Assembly: GCF_032118995.1 (NCBI RefSeq)
Contig: NC_092655.1
Span: 14,461,223-14,525,222, forward strand
Origin: Asterias amurensis
Taxonomy: Eukaryota
DNA length: 64,000 nucleotides
Direction: 5' to 3'
Every line of letters begins with the position of its first letter. Position 1 is the stretch's first letter. Shown here piece by piece: positions 1 to 11,189 of this stretch. The notes beneath the pieces are model-generated. The model saw nothing but the letters and a program-made list of their open reading frames with translations, had not been told where the DNA came from and ran no database searches. The translations under genes were made by a program, and so were the position numbers.

Positions 1-755
1 CTTGTTCTGGAGTGAGGCTTGTGCAGTCTGTCAGTGTAGGTTCGGCTTGAAGGCTTTGGTTGGCGATGTTGCATGCTTCTTCGATTGATATGTTGGTGAA
101 CAGTGACACGACATCAAAACTGACAAGGATATCAGTTGGACGGAGATGTATGTGCTTGATGATGTCGACTAACTTGCTTGTGTTGTTGATGTGATGTTCA
201 GTGAGGCCAACTAGTCGATGGAGGTTCTTGGTGAGGTGTGTTGCAATGTTGTAAGAAGGTGAACCCTGGGAAGCCACGATGGGGCGGAGAGGACCATCTG
301 GCTTGTTGATCTTGGGTTGGCAGAAGAAACGTGGGCAGGTGAATGCGGATGGCTTGAGGTGACGGTACGTGGTGTTGTCTATGACTTGCGCTTGATAGAG
401 AGTACAGAGTTTGGTGGTGAGTGTGCGTTCAATGACTGGGCTGGGGTTCCTTGGCAGGCATTGGTAGCTATTAGTTGACAGGATTTCATTTACTTGGTGG
501 TCATAATCCGTTGTAGACATTACCATAGTGGCATTACCCTTGTCCGCTGACATGATGTGGATGGACTTGTCTTTGTGCAGGGCTCAGATATCAGCATTTT
601 CTCGCCTGCTTGTGTAGGGTCTTGGTAACTTGGCGTTTGAAGTCTTTGCAGAATTTGGATGCGGACTTGGTTGGCGACTGTCTTGTCCAGATGTTTGAGT
701 GCAGGTTCAGGGGACTGATTGATGTCTTTGACTTGAATCATGCGAGGTGTGCTGG
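1..755 (-). mobile_element. Penelope-like element of the N lineage. Only the 5' part is present (RT N-terminal region, cut off by the window edge). It lies head-to-head with the next element.
   Basis: The - strand ORF 520..783 is identical in type to 15786..16079 and 22545..22838. The sequence matches 15297-16050. Confidence 0.8.
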
Positions 756-1176
756 CGCCCACACATTGCACGATTCCAGTCAAAGATATTATTCAGTCTA
801 CCGAACCTGCGCTCAAACATCTAGACAAGACATTCGTCAACCATATCCGCATCCAGATTCTTCAAACTCTTCAAACACCAAGTTACCAAGACCCAACACA
901 AGCAAGCAAGAACACGCCGCTATCCGAGCCCTGCACAAAGACAAGTCTATCCACATCATTTCAACGAACATTGGTAATGCCACCGTGTTCATGTGCACAA
1001 CAGATTCTGACCACAAGGTAACCGACATCCTGTCAACTGATACCTACCGACGCCTGCCAAGTAACTCCTGTTCAGTCATCGAACGCACCCCCACTGCTAA
1101 ATTCTGCACTCTCTATCAAGCGCAGGTCATAGACAACACCATGTACCGTCACCTCAAGCCATCCGCATCCGCCTAA
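610..1176 (+). pseudogene. RT N-terminal segment of PLE P1a
   Basis: Its C-terminal half aligns to the N-lineage RT N-terminus 'MSADKGNATMVMSTTDYDHQVNEILSTNTYQCLPRNPSPVIERTLTTKLCTLYQAQVIDNTTYRHLKPSA'. Stops and frameshifts follow downstream at 1177-1440. Confidence 0.75.
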
Positions 1177-2917
1177 TCACGTTTTTTTGGCCAACCTTAA
1201 GAGCCACAAGCCAGATGTTCCTCTCCGTCCCATCGTGGCGTCCCGGGGTCACCCACCTACAATACTGCAAGACACCCCACCAAGACCCTTCATCCACTAG
1301 TTGGCCTCACTGAACATAACATTAACAACTCAAGCAAGTTCGTCGACATTATCAAATACATACATCTCCGCCCAACTGAGATCCTTGTCAGTTTTGACAT
1401 CATGTCACTATTCACCAACATACCAACTGAAGAAGCATGCAACATCGCCGAACAATGCCTTCAAGCCTAACCTACACTGACAGACCGCACAAGACTCACT
1501 CCAGAACAAGTCCACGACCTCCTTATCACATGTTCTCCGCTTTTAGATTCAGGTGGCGAGACAAATTCTACGAACAAACCTCTGGGGCCACCATGGGATC
1601 TCCTCTATCCCCGGTCCTGATGGATTTGTTCATGGAGGAGTTTTAACTTGACGGTATCAAGAACGCCAATCTTAGCCCCAACCTCAGGTTCCGCTACATT
1701 GACGACACCTTTGTGGTTTTGGCCCAACGGCAAGACAGCACTCCAAAAGTTCTTCCATCAACTGAACAGTCATTATCTACGTATCCGATTCAACATGGAA
1801 CAAGAACAAAACAATGCTATCTCCTTCCTAGGTGCCGAAGTAACAAGACAAGCTGATGGCACTCTAGCCCACACGGTACATCACAAGCCAACGCACACCA
1901 ACAGATACATTCACAACTCATTATTCCACCATCCTCGCATCAAGTCTGCTGTCTCCAACACCTTGGTCCGTTGGACCTTGGACACCTGTGACAAGGGCAG
2001 CTTGAAGCAGGAACTACAACACATCAAGACATCACGTCAACCTAATGGCTACAAAACTTTCAACCTCAGCGAGCCCAAGCCAAGTCTCACACCAGATGAA
2101 CTACCAGAGTTCAAGGCTGCAATCTCCCTCCCAAACATTGGCCTATCTTCTCACAAGCTTCAACGTATCTTCATTCAAGCTGAAGTCAAGACCTTCCATA
2201 CAGCATCAAACAAGATTCAAGCATCGCTCCACACACACAAGGACAAGCAAGACACTCGAGACAAAGCCAGCGTTTACCACATTCCCTGCGATTACTGTGA
2301 AGTATACATCGTGGAACCAGGGCGCAATATCTCAACAAGAATCAAGGAACACAAAGCACATGGCACACTGGAACACCTCAACAATTCAGCCATCATCAAA
2401 TATTCACACGAACACGACAGCATCATCAAGTGGAATCAAGCCAAACTCATAGCTCATGTACAGTCCTGTCACCAATGCAGAGTCGGGGAGGCCATCGATA
2501 TACAAGCACGCCATACAGTTCCAGAAGACATCGGTTTCTTCATTAACGACATCTGGTCACACATCCTCAAGCCAACCCTTCCAGCAGCAGCTCACCACAA
2601 GAATGTCACACTCCAATGCACACACATCCAGCCAGCAATCAACTCACATGCATTACCGGCCAAGAACAGCTTTGATCCATCCCGCCCAAATGCTCATCCA
2701 TCCAGCACTTCTAAAGTTCGACCATTGCCTGTAGTCCAACATTCTCCTGAAGACGAGCAGAATAAACTGTTAGAAACATCGAGACCAAACCTGCTCTTTC
2801 CAGAGCCAATACTCACCTTAAGAGGTTTACACATGGTTGTCCCTGTAAATTCTTATTTCTCCACACCATGCAAAGCTTCAAACAATACATATCCAAGATG
2901 GGATTAAATCGCAACAA
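755..2917 (+). mobile_element. Penelope-like retroelement of the P lineage (copy P1a). It is degenerate and carries RT plus a C-terminal GIY-YIG endonuclease.
   Basis: The RT N-terminal region (ORF 610..1176 '...DHKVTDILSTDTYRRLP...CTLYQAQVIDNTMYRHLKPS') is followed by a stop- and frameshift-riddled '(F)FGQP*...PLRPIV' region. The N lineage shows this region intact as 'FFCQPKIHKPDGPLRPIMAS'. RT motifs 'GSPLSPVLMDLFMEEF' and 'RYIDDTFVV' lie at about 1590-1715. A 419-aa ORF (1648..2907) holds the thumb and the GIY-YIG motif 'VYHIPCDYCEVYIVEPGRNISTRIKEHK...SAIIKYSHEHDSIIKW...RVGEAIDI'. Confidence 0.85.
1648..2907 (+). pseudogene. PLE P1a ORF covering the RT thumb, linker, GIY-YIG endonuclease and C-tail. 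It is out of frame with the upstream RT because of a 1-nt insertion after YIDDTFVV.
   Basis: The GIY-YIG core lies at about 2272-2560. The N lineage reads DTFVV-RPYDKTALQEFF continuously, whereas P has 'ttttgg' in place of 'ttagg'. An in-frame TAA at about 1645-1647 follows MEEF in this copy. Confidence 0.8.
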
Positions 2918-4110
2918 ACCTAGGTAGAATAGCTAGAGAATGATCTCTTTATACTCAAAACTCTATTTCGAGATGCATTTTTCTCATTGTCTGTATTTTT
3001 TCTTTAATTTTTTTACGGCGACGGTGAACCATCTGCCTATTGGAGACCAATGGAAACTGCACCATTCCAGTTGCGGCCATGAAGACATCAATGGGAGCTG
3101 TGTATCTTTGAGGAAAACGACAGAAAAAGGTAAGTTTACATTAAGGGACCGTAAGTTGTTGAGATTTATCCGGAAATCAAGATTATGTCTAGATTTAAAA
3201 GGGGCTCCATGCTAAAATTTAGCTTTGAAAATCACCAGTTTTCCAATTGCTAGAGTCCTCATGAAAAAAATCTAAACCTCGCAGCATGAATATTGTTCTA
3301 TGGTGAAAAGTATTTAATGAGAATAGTGATTTTGTAATAACTTGATTGGCATATATTTCAGGAGTCTGCAGTTCTGCTGGGGATGTGGTGTGCTACCTGC
3401 CGATGACCAAAAGCCATGATGCAACAGTGCCTGACTATGCGGACAGCATCCCAGCTGTCATTTAAGTGCACCAAACATAGGTAGATAGCTGGAGAATGAT
3501 CTCTTTAATCTCTAAACTCTGTTGGGGAAGTGCATTTTGCTAATAGTTTGTATTTGTCGTTTATTTTTTACGGCGACGGTGAACTGGTTAAATGTTTAAC
3601 CATCTGCCCATGGGAGTCCAGTGGAAACTGCACATGCCGGCCATGAAGTAATCATTGGGACCTTTGTACGCTGTGAGCAAAATGACAAGACAGGGTAAGT
3701 TTATTTTTAGTTTGATTGTTGGCAAATTTTGTGATTTTGACTGGAGCATAACTATTTTCCTCTTCTGGATTAGTGATGTGAAAAAAATAACATTGTATTA
3801 CATAAATGTGCCAAATACAACCTTGCAACATGAACTATAATTGTTCTACAGTAAAAAGTATTTGGTGAAAATAATTTCACTGAAATGTCTTAATTGACAT
3901 ATATTTCAGGAGTCTGCAGATCTGCTTGGGACACCTGCTGATAACAAGCACCAACATGAAAACAGCCGAGAGGATGCCTGCCTATGCGGACAACATCCCA
4001 GTTGTCATTGAAGTGCACCAAACATAGGTAGATAGCTAGAGAATGATCTCTTTAATCTCGAAACTTCATTTCGCAGTGCATTTCATTTGCTTGGATCCTT
4101 TTTGTTCTTA
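2918..4110 (+). repeat. Three tandem M modules (2918-3478, 3479-4025, and a truncated one at 4026-about 4110) that follow the PLE 3' end. Each has an exon-like block, a donor AG|GTAAGTTT, an intron of about 230 bp and an acceptor TTTCAG|GAGTCTGCAG. The boundary motif is 'ataggtagatagctagagaatgatctctttaatctc'.
   Basis: Donors lie at about 3130 and 3699. Acceptors lie at about 3361 and 3903. The boundary motif lies at 2918, 3478 and 4025. The modules are about 70% identical to each other, yet the splice-signal blocks are conserved. Confidence 0.7.
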
Positions 4111-4439
4111 AGCAGCTCTATGAAAGTTGGCCCTGATGATCCAAGTCTTGATATGGTACTGATGCGAGTACATTGTAATTTTGTTGTAGATGATTGTGAC
4201 GACTGCGTGTCAACATGGACCATGAAGATGTGACGTCACAGTACAGAAAGATACATCATGGCTTGGGGAGATAGACTTATTCCTCAGCTACTCACCAGGG
4301 TCCTAAGTGGAATTTGAAGGTATGATCTGTTTTAGCGAAGCTTGAGATGAAAGTTTAGAAATCCATACAAGTGCAGACAATAGAAATTTCTTAGGTTTCA
4401 TTATTCAAACATAGTCCCATATACCTTAATAATAATAAT

Positions 4440-4760
4440 AAACAGTTCTTATATAGCGCAAATTACAAAATAAAGTCTCTAAGGGCTTCTATGATTGAAA
4501 AGATGGGTTTTAAGTTTAGATTTAAATGTTCGTAGCGTGGCACAGTCTATGATATTGTTGGGAAGAGAGTTCCAAAGTCTTGGAGAAGCATATTTGAAGG
4601 AGCGATGACCGTTGACCTTGTCTGAAAAATGTATGTTAAAGCGTGCGCCAGGAGGGTCACTGAGTGAGGGATATGCATACTTAATAAAAAGCAATTCTTG
4701 ATATAGTATACACACATCTTTGACCTTTAAATCCAAATCTCGCTCTAATGAGTTTTTTCT
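4440..4760 (-). repeat. Dispersed repeat fragment (SINE/TE-like) encoding a 'PRLWNSLP...FKSKLKTHLF' peptide, followed on the - strand by an (ATT)n-rich tail
   Basis: The - strand ORF 4479..4736 contains a motif that I recall as recurring in repeat-derived predicted proteins of aquatic animals, although I have not verified this against a database. Identical copies lie at 26496-26816 and 49001-49321 within the higher-order repeat. Confidence 0.4.
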
Positions 4761-5164
4761 TTCTTTTTGATCATATTTAATACAGGATTAACACGTTCGA
4801 ACATCTTCAAGTTGGATGCATGAAGATGCTGTGCCACCTTATGCAACACCAATAAAACACTTGCTTCACCACCTCATCTAAGGCATCATGACAACAGATG
4901 AACATTGTCAACAGAATGAACCCAAAGAACACAAACGAGACGAAGAGGCAGACCAAGTTGGCGTTAGATGGATGACATCAGAGAATTTGGAAGCGTCACT
5001 TGGATGCGACAAGTGCAAGAACGATCAAGGTGGAATGGTGAAGAGGCCTTACTTCTGCAGTATGTAGCGACATTATCTAGATAGATATTTTGCCACTTAC
5101 ACAAAAATATTTACTCTGTACAAAGGCAAGACAACATAAGGTTATTTGTAAAAGTAAACTCACT

Positions 5165-7330
5165 ACCAATAAAAAGTAAACAAGTGTGTTAAGGACTGTA
5201 TATAAGTGGTGATTTATGTAATGAAGTTTTGTGTTGTAATAATGAATTAAATATAAATTGTAACTTTTATTTTGTGTCACTCTGTAATTCAATTATTTGT
5301 TATTCTTATTGTTTACATGGTATCTGTTCTGGGGTACCCTCACATGGTGGCCACCATGTTTTTTTTACTGGTTACTATATGAAGACATGTAAATATTGTG
5401 ACACACTTGGGGTTTAGTAACTCTTGTTAAAGTTTGTAATGTCAAAGGTCATGACCTTGTGTGTGTTTGAGTACTCATTAACCAGGTTTATTATTACAAA
5501 GGTCTAGACATTGTTCATGGTATTTGTTAGGGATAATCAGTCCAGTTTTTGAGTACTCTTAACGACGTTAAACAAGTGTGTTAAGGACTGTATATAAGTG
5601 GCGATTTATGTAATGAAGTTTTGTATTGTAATAATGAATTAAATATAAATTGTGACTTTTGTTTCGTGTCACTCTGTAATTCAATTATTTATTATTTTAA
5701 TTATTAACATGGTATCTCTTCTGGGGTACCCTCACATGGTGGCCACCATGTTTTTTTACTGGTTACTATATGAAGACATGTAAATATTGTGACACACTTG
5801 GGGTTTAGAACTCTTTTTAAAGTTTGTTATGTCAAAGGTCATGACCTTGTGTGTGTGTTTGAGTACTCATTAACCAGGTTTATTATTACAATGGTCTAGA
5901 CATATTGTTCATGGTATTTATTAAGGATAATCAGTCCAGTTTTTGAGTACTCTTAACGACGTTAGAAAAATGTGTTAAGGACTGTATATAAGTGGTGATT
6001 TATGTAATAAAGTTTGGTATTGTAATAATGAATTAAATATAAATTGTAACTTTTATTTTGTGTCACTCTGTAATTCAATTATTTGTTATTCTAATTGTTT
6101 ACATGGTATCTGTTCTGGGGTACCCTCACATAGTGGCCAGCATGTTTCTTTACTGGTTACTATATGAAGACATGTAAATATTGTGACACACTTGGGGTTT
6201 AGTAACTCTTGTTAAAGTTTGTAATATCAAAGTTTTTGAGTACTCTTAACGACGTTAAACAAGTTTGTTAAGGACTGTATATAAGTGGGGATTTATGTAA
6301 TAAAGTTTGGTATTGTAATAATGAATTAATTATAAATTGTAACTTTTATTTTGTGTCACTCTGTAATTCAATTATTTGTTATTCTAATTGTTTACATGGT
6401 ATCTATTCTGGGGTACCCTCACATGGTGGCCACCATGTTTTTTTACTGGTTACTATATGAAGACATGTAAATATTGTGACACACTTGGGGTTTAGTAACT
6501 CTTGTTAAAGTTTGTAATATCAAAGTTTTTGAGTACTCTTAACGACGTTAAACAAGTTTGTTAAGGACTGTATATAAGTGGTGATTTATGTAATAAAGTT
6601 TGGTATTGTAATAATGAATTAATTATAAATTGTAACTTTTATTTTGTGTCACTCTGTAATTCAATTATTTGTTATTCTAATTGTTTACATGGTATCTATT
6701 CTGGGGTACCCTCACATGGTGGCCACCATGTTTTTTTACTGGTTACTATATGAAGACATGTAAATATTGTGACACACTTGGGGTTTAGTAACTCTTGTTA
6801 AAGTTTGTTATGTCAAAGGTCATGACCTTGTGTGTGTTTGAGTACTCATTAACCAGGTTTATAATTACAAAGGTCTAGCCATTGTCCATGGTATTTATAT
6901 GGATAATCAGTCCAGTTTGTGAGTACTTTAAGAGTCTTAACGACGTTAAAAAAGTGTGTTAAGGACTGTATATAAGTGTTGATTTATGTAATGAAGTTTT
7001 GTATCGTAATAATGAATTAATTATAAATTGTAACCTTTTATTTTGTGTCACTCTGTAATTCAATTATTTATTATTCTAATTATTAACATGGTATCTGTTC
7101 TGGGGTACCCTCACATGGTGGCCACCATGTTTTTTACTGGTTACTATAGGAAGACATGTAAATATTGTGACACACTTGGGGTTTGTAGTAACTCTTTTTC
7201 AAAGGTCATGACCTTGTGTGTGTTTGAGTACTCAATAACCAGGTTTATTATTACAAAGGTCTAGACATTTTCCACGGTATTTATTAAGGGTATGCAGTCC
7301 ATTTTTGGAGTACTCTTAACGACGTTATTT
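5165..7330. repeat. Satellite array with monomers of about 390-400 bp, about 5.5 monomers in copy A. Two are shortened variants of about 300 bp.
   Basis: 'aaacaagtgtgttaaggactgtatataagtgg' recurs at 5170, 5570, 5958, 6265, 6548 and 6948. The conserved core is 'ctggggtaccctcacatggtggccaccatgttttttt'. Confidence 0.92.
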
Positions 7331-8150
7331 GATAACAAGGTTATGACATTGTTTATGGTGTTTACATGTATATACGGTTTCGAGTACTCATTAACGAGGT
7401 TTTGTAATTACAAAGGTCATGCCATTTTCTATGGTTTTTATTAAGGGTGTTTGATTCAGGGAATGACCGGGTTGGTGGCTGGCGCTGTAAGGTTGACATT
7501 GTTTGCAGTGTTGTTAATTATGGGTGTTTGAGTACTCATTAACGATGTATTATGATCTCTTTTCACTGTTAATTGTGGGGTGGGAGATGACAACCTTCAC
7601 GTGGTCCACCCTGTTGTTAACTAATTGTCATCAAACAATAGAGCTTTATAACCATGTTTATAAAGCTCTATGCACCAAACCAATTTGTTAATGACATTGT
7701 GATGACATTTTCTTTGGTGTTTATTTAGAGAGTTTGAGTACTCATTAAGGTTGACATTGTTTGCAGTGTTAATTTAGTGTGTTTGAGTACTCATTAACGA
7801 TGTATTAGGATCTCTTTTAACTGTTAATTGTGGGGTGGGAGATGACAACCTTCACGTGGTCCACCCTGTTGTTAACTAATTGTCATCAAACAATAGAGCT
7901 ATATAAACAAAGCTCTATGCAGCAAAAACAAAATTTTAATTACAAGGTCATGACATTTTCCTTGGTGTTTATCTAGGGGATTTGAGTACTTATTAACGAT
8001 GTAGATTTTAAACGATCTCTTTAAACTGTTATTTGTGGGGTGGGAGGTGACAACCTTCACGTGGTCCATATCCTGTTGTTAACTAATTGTCATCAAACAT
8101 TAGAGCTATGAATATACAAGTTTAAAGCTCTATGCATCAAACCATACCCT
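7331..8150. repeat. A diverged partial 390-bp monomer, then a related 250-bp satellite in 3 copies (about 7525, 7775, 7985) with internal palindromes
   Basis: 'gtttgagtactcattaacgatgta...gttaattgtggggtgggagatgacaaccttcacgtggtccaccctgttgttaactaattgtcatcaaacaatagagct' occurs three times. It shares the 'tttgagtactcattaac' motif with the 390-bp satellite. It contains the palindromes 'atagagctttata...tataaagctctat' and CACGTG. Confidence 0.85.
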
Positions 8151-8234
8151 TTTCATGAAATGCCCGCAGTAGATTTGAACAAATGTGTGGAAATGTTGTT
8201 TGTTCTTTTATGCAAATCACTTGTTTATTTTGTA

Positions 8235-8620
8235 AGATGTTACGGGAAACAGCAGGGTCACGGCAAACGTGCGGCGTGCGCCGTCTCCGTTTTTAAGTAA
8301 ACTCATTTTGGGGAAGATGTATGCTGTTTAGTGTAACCCGTTCGTATGTACGCAAAAGAAACAAAACAAAGCGCCCGCCTAGCGCGTTAGCGCTGCTGGA
8401 ATAGAACGCGCGTATGTCATGTAACCCTGACGTCATAATCAATTCCATAAAAAAAATTACGAAATTGTAACATTTTGCCCATTTTTTTGACACCGAAAAA
8501 ATATGTTTCCCGCAGTAAAAATGTAAAAAGCTAACAACGGCAAAATTCTTCAAGATACTAAAAATATGCATTAAAATCTCTAACGTAATGGGAAACAGTC
8601 AGGGTCACGGCAAACGTGAA
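8235..8620. repeat. CpG-rich block bounded by the direct repeats 'gggaaacag(c/t)cagggtcacggcaaacgtg' at about 8243 and about 8589. It contains the CRE palindrome TGACGTCA at about 8428.
   Basis: Read directly from the sequence. Present again in copies B (about 30685-31066) and C (about 55970-56350). Confidence 0.6.
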
Positions 8621-11189
8621 GGGTTCATCAAAAAGGAGTTATATTCATAACACACTTTGCGACGGTTTTTCTTTAAAATGTGCATACGGTTAAACAAATT
8701 TGACAACCCTTCATTTAGCAAAACATCTCAAGATAATCCTCCTTCATTTTAAGTGTTGTTCAAATATTTCCCACCAAGCGGAGCGTTTTACTGACGTGCT
8801 TATGAACACTCGGATTTTCTCATGAATTCTCAAAGGGTCTGGGAGCGCCTATTCTGATCACGATTTTGCAAAGAAACGCTGCGCGTCAGCTTCATTATCT
8901 CGTAGTTGTGCACTGACTGAGCCAAAAGGGAATTAATGACTTGATGAACTTTTAAGAATGTTCATGATCAGTCCATGCATCAAACAGTTCATGACATGTT
9001 CATCACATCAGTTCATGAACCAAGTTCATGAACTGATCCATTCCATTAATGGACAAGTTAAAAAAGTTTTGTGTGTTTTCATAAAAGTCAATTTATAAGC
9101 TTTCTTTGCAGTTAATGAACTCTAATGAATAATCGTAACTCAACTGTGTATTAACTTAACTCCCTGTTTACAAATTGGTATACATTTTTCTTCTAACTTT
9201 AATTATTTACAGTTTCTGTATGTCAGTGATAGTAGTGATCATTAGTATCATAATTACCAAGCACTTTACTCTGACAATTTTTTTTCCTGCCCTTTAGGTG
9301 TACAGTATAAATTAGTTTTAAAAATTTCAATTTATTTGCCAGGTTAACATTACGCATTTATAAAATAAAGACATTGATCATGTGAAACAAGAAACAACTG
9401 TGTGATGTAGAATGATCATTGTAAAGTAATAGAAAACACCCTGCCCTGTAAAACACTCTGCATTGTTTTTTTGTCAAATGAAAATGTGCCTGTGTGAATT
9501 ATGATTAATTTTGTTCACCTAAAAGAACTCGGGCAAAATCCGAGTCGGTTTCCCTTGATTTTGAAACTTGGCACGGTGACAGTTTTATTAAAGAGATAGT
9601 TACACAGTAAGTAGTAGTGTTTGTTTTGAAGAACATCGTTGGTTATCAACTCTTATTCTAGAAATTAAAACGTCACTTTGTATACAACATAAATTTGTCT
9701 TGCAACAGTCTCTTTAAATCCTCCATAACAACACATCGAACAAATGGAAGAAACAAATCAAGCAGGGACAATCTTCATAATTTGCACAAATTTAAAGTTG
9801 TCATTTTTGCCGCTATTTAGACTAATGTATGTATACATAAGCCGTGATAGTAGTAAAATTTACGTATATAATTTTCACCTAAAATCTTCAAGCAAATGTT
9901 TCTTGAAACAACCCCAAACAAAAGTGTCAATAACATAGACAAAAGGAATGACGGGAGGTTTTATATGGCCTCAACATTATTACTTATTTTTCTACCTTGT
10001 AGAAATGCCGAAAACTACAAACTTTTTGCATTAACAAGTGCAAACAACCAGTGGAGCCTTACGTGTTTCTAAGTTTTGCTCTTTGCTTGGCAAATAAAAC
10101 CATATTTGTTGTAATCTAGCGACTGTTTACATCGCGCACAGAGAGGTAAAAGATTTGTCACGATTTTACGGACACCTTGAAAACAGGACCTCCTCCTTAT
10201 CGCACATATTATTACAGTTAATCGCATACATATTACAATTTATTGCAAAATATTACATTTTTTGCATACATAAATGAATATCGCACATTATGTGACAATA
10301 CTGTGACGTCATACTCTTATAAGAGATCAGCGATTATGCAAGACCAGCGCTTTTTGGATCCATCAGTTTCTTTGTTATTTGGGTGCGGTGATTGCATGCT
10401 CCTTGGCTAATTTAAATGTGAATAACCCAGTTGTGAAAGATTTACAATAGTTTTTCTGTAAGCTTGTGATTGAGTGGAAATTTCCGTTATGGTCCAATAG
10501 ACTCGCTGATATGCCACGGTTGGGAGTGCTTGTTTGTGGACCTATGTGCTGTGCTTTTCTTTGCTTTGCTGTCCTGTTTTGTGAGTACTGGTTTCTTCGA
10601 TATTTTCAGGTTTCTTTAGGACTCCTAGATTTATAACGACTACAATATAACCGTATTGAGTGTTTTGAAACTGGATCTCAAAAAAATAAGTCTCGAAGTG
10701 TGGAATAATTCACAGACGCGGCACATTGCTTGCCGTTCTGTGGCAATGGAAAAAAAGAATTATATAAATTAAACAAATTTGTATAGGACATAGTGCATAT
10801 TATACATAATTTATAAATTATACTATATAAATTCATAGTTTTTATAGGAATATATATTCCCACAGGTTCCTCATACCTATGTTTAATAAATCATCCTCTC
10901 CTTTCATGGACCATTCTTTGTCCTCATCACTTTACTCTCATTGGTTCATAGCCACCCACAAAGACTTTGATTTACTAGAATCTAACCCTTTTTCTGGTTC
11001 CTTCCTTTAAAACCTTTCTCCTCTTTTTCTAGGGAAATGTAATTGTTTGAACATTCATAAAGCATTAATATTAAGTTTAAATATTAAGTTTAAATATATA
11101 TAAAGTTTACAATAGTAATTATTAAACAAAAAAGTTTTAACAAAAAAAAAATTAACAAAATGTATATAAAAACAATTTTTTTAATGAAA

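Noticed and set aside
2918-4110. Hammerhead ribozyme in the M modules or PLE termini
   Set aside because: Scanning by eye for CUGAUGA...GAAA cores with appropriate helices (for example 'ccctgatgatccaag' at about 4131, 'ctgtcgatgactgaagc' at about 13969) found nothing that satisfies the full motif. I have listed it only as something to test with a covariance model.
5165-8150. Regular tandem repeats that could be mistaken for a CRISPR array
   Set aside because: The units are 250-400 bp satellites with no short repeat-and-spacer structure. The context is eukaryotic, with spliceosomal introns, PLEs and a LINE.
8428-10312. CRE palindromes TGACGTCA at about 8428, about 10305 and about 4228 as regulatory sites
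   Set aside because: They are single 8-mers in several kb of AT-rich repeat DNA, which is expected by chance. There are no supporting promoter features nearby except those already noted at 8235-8620.
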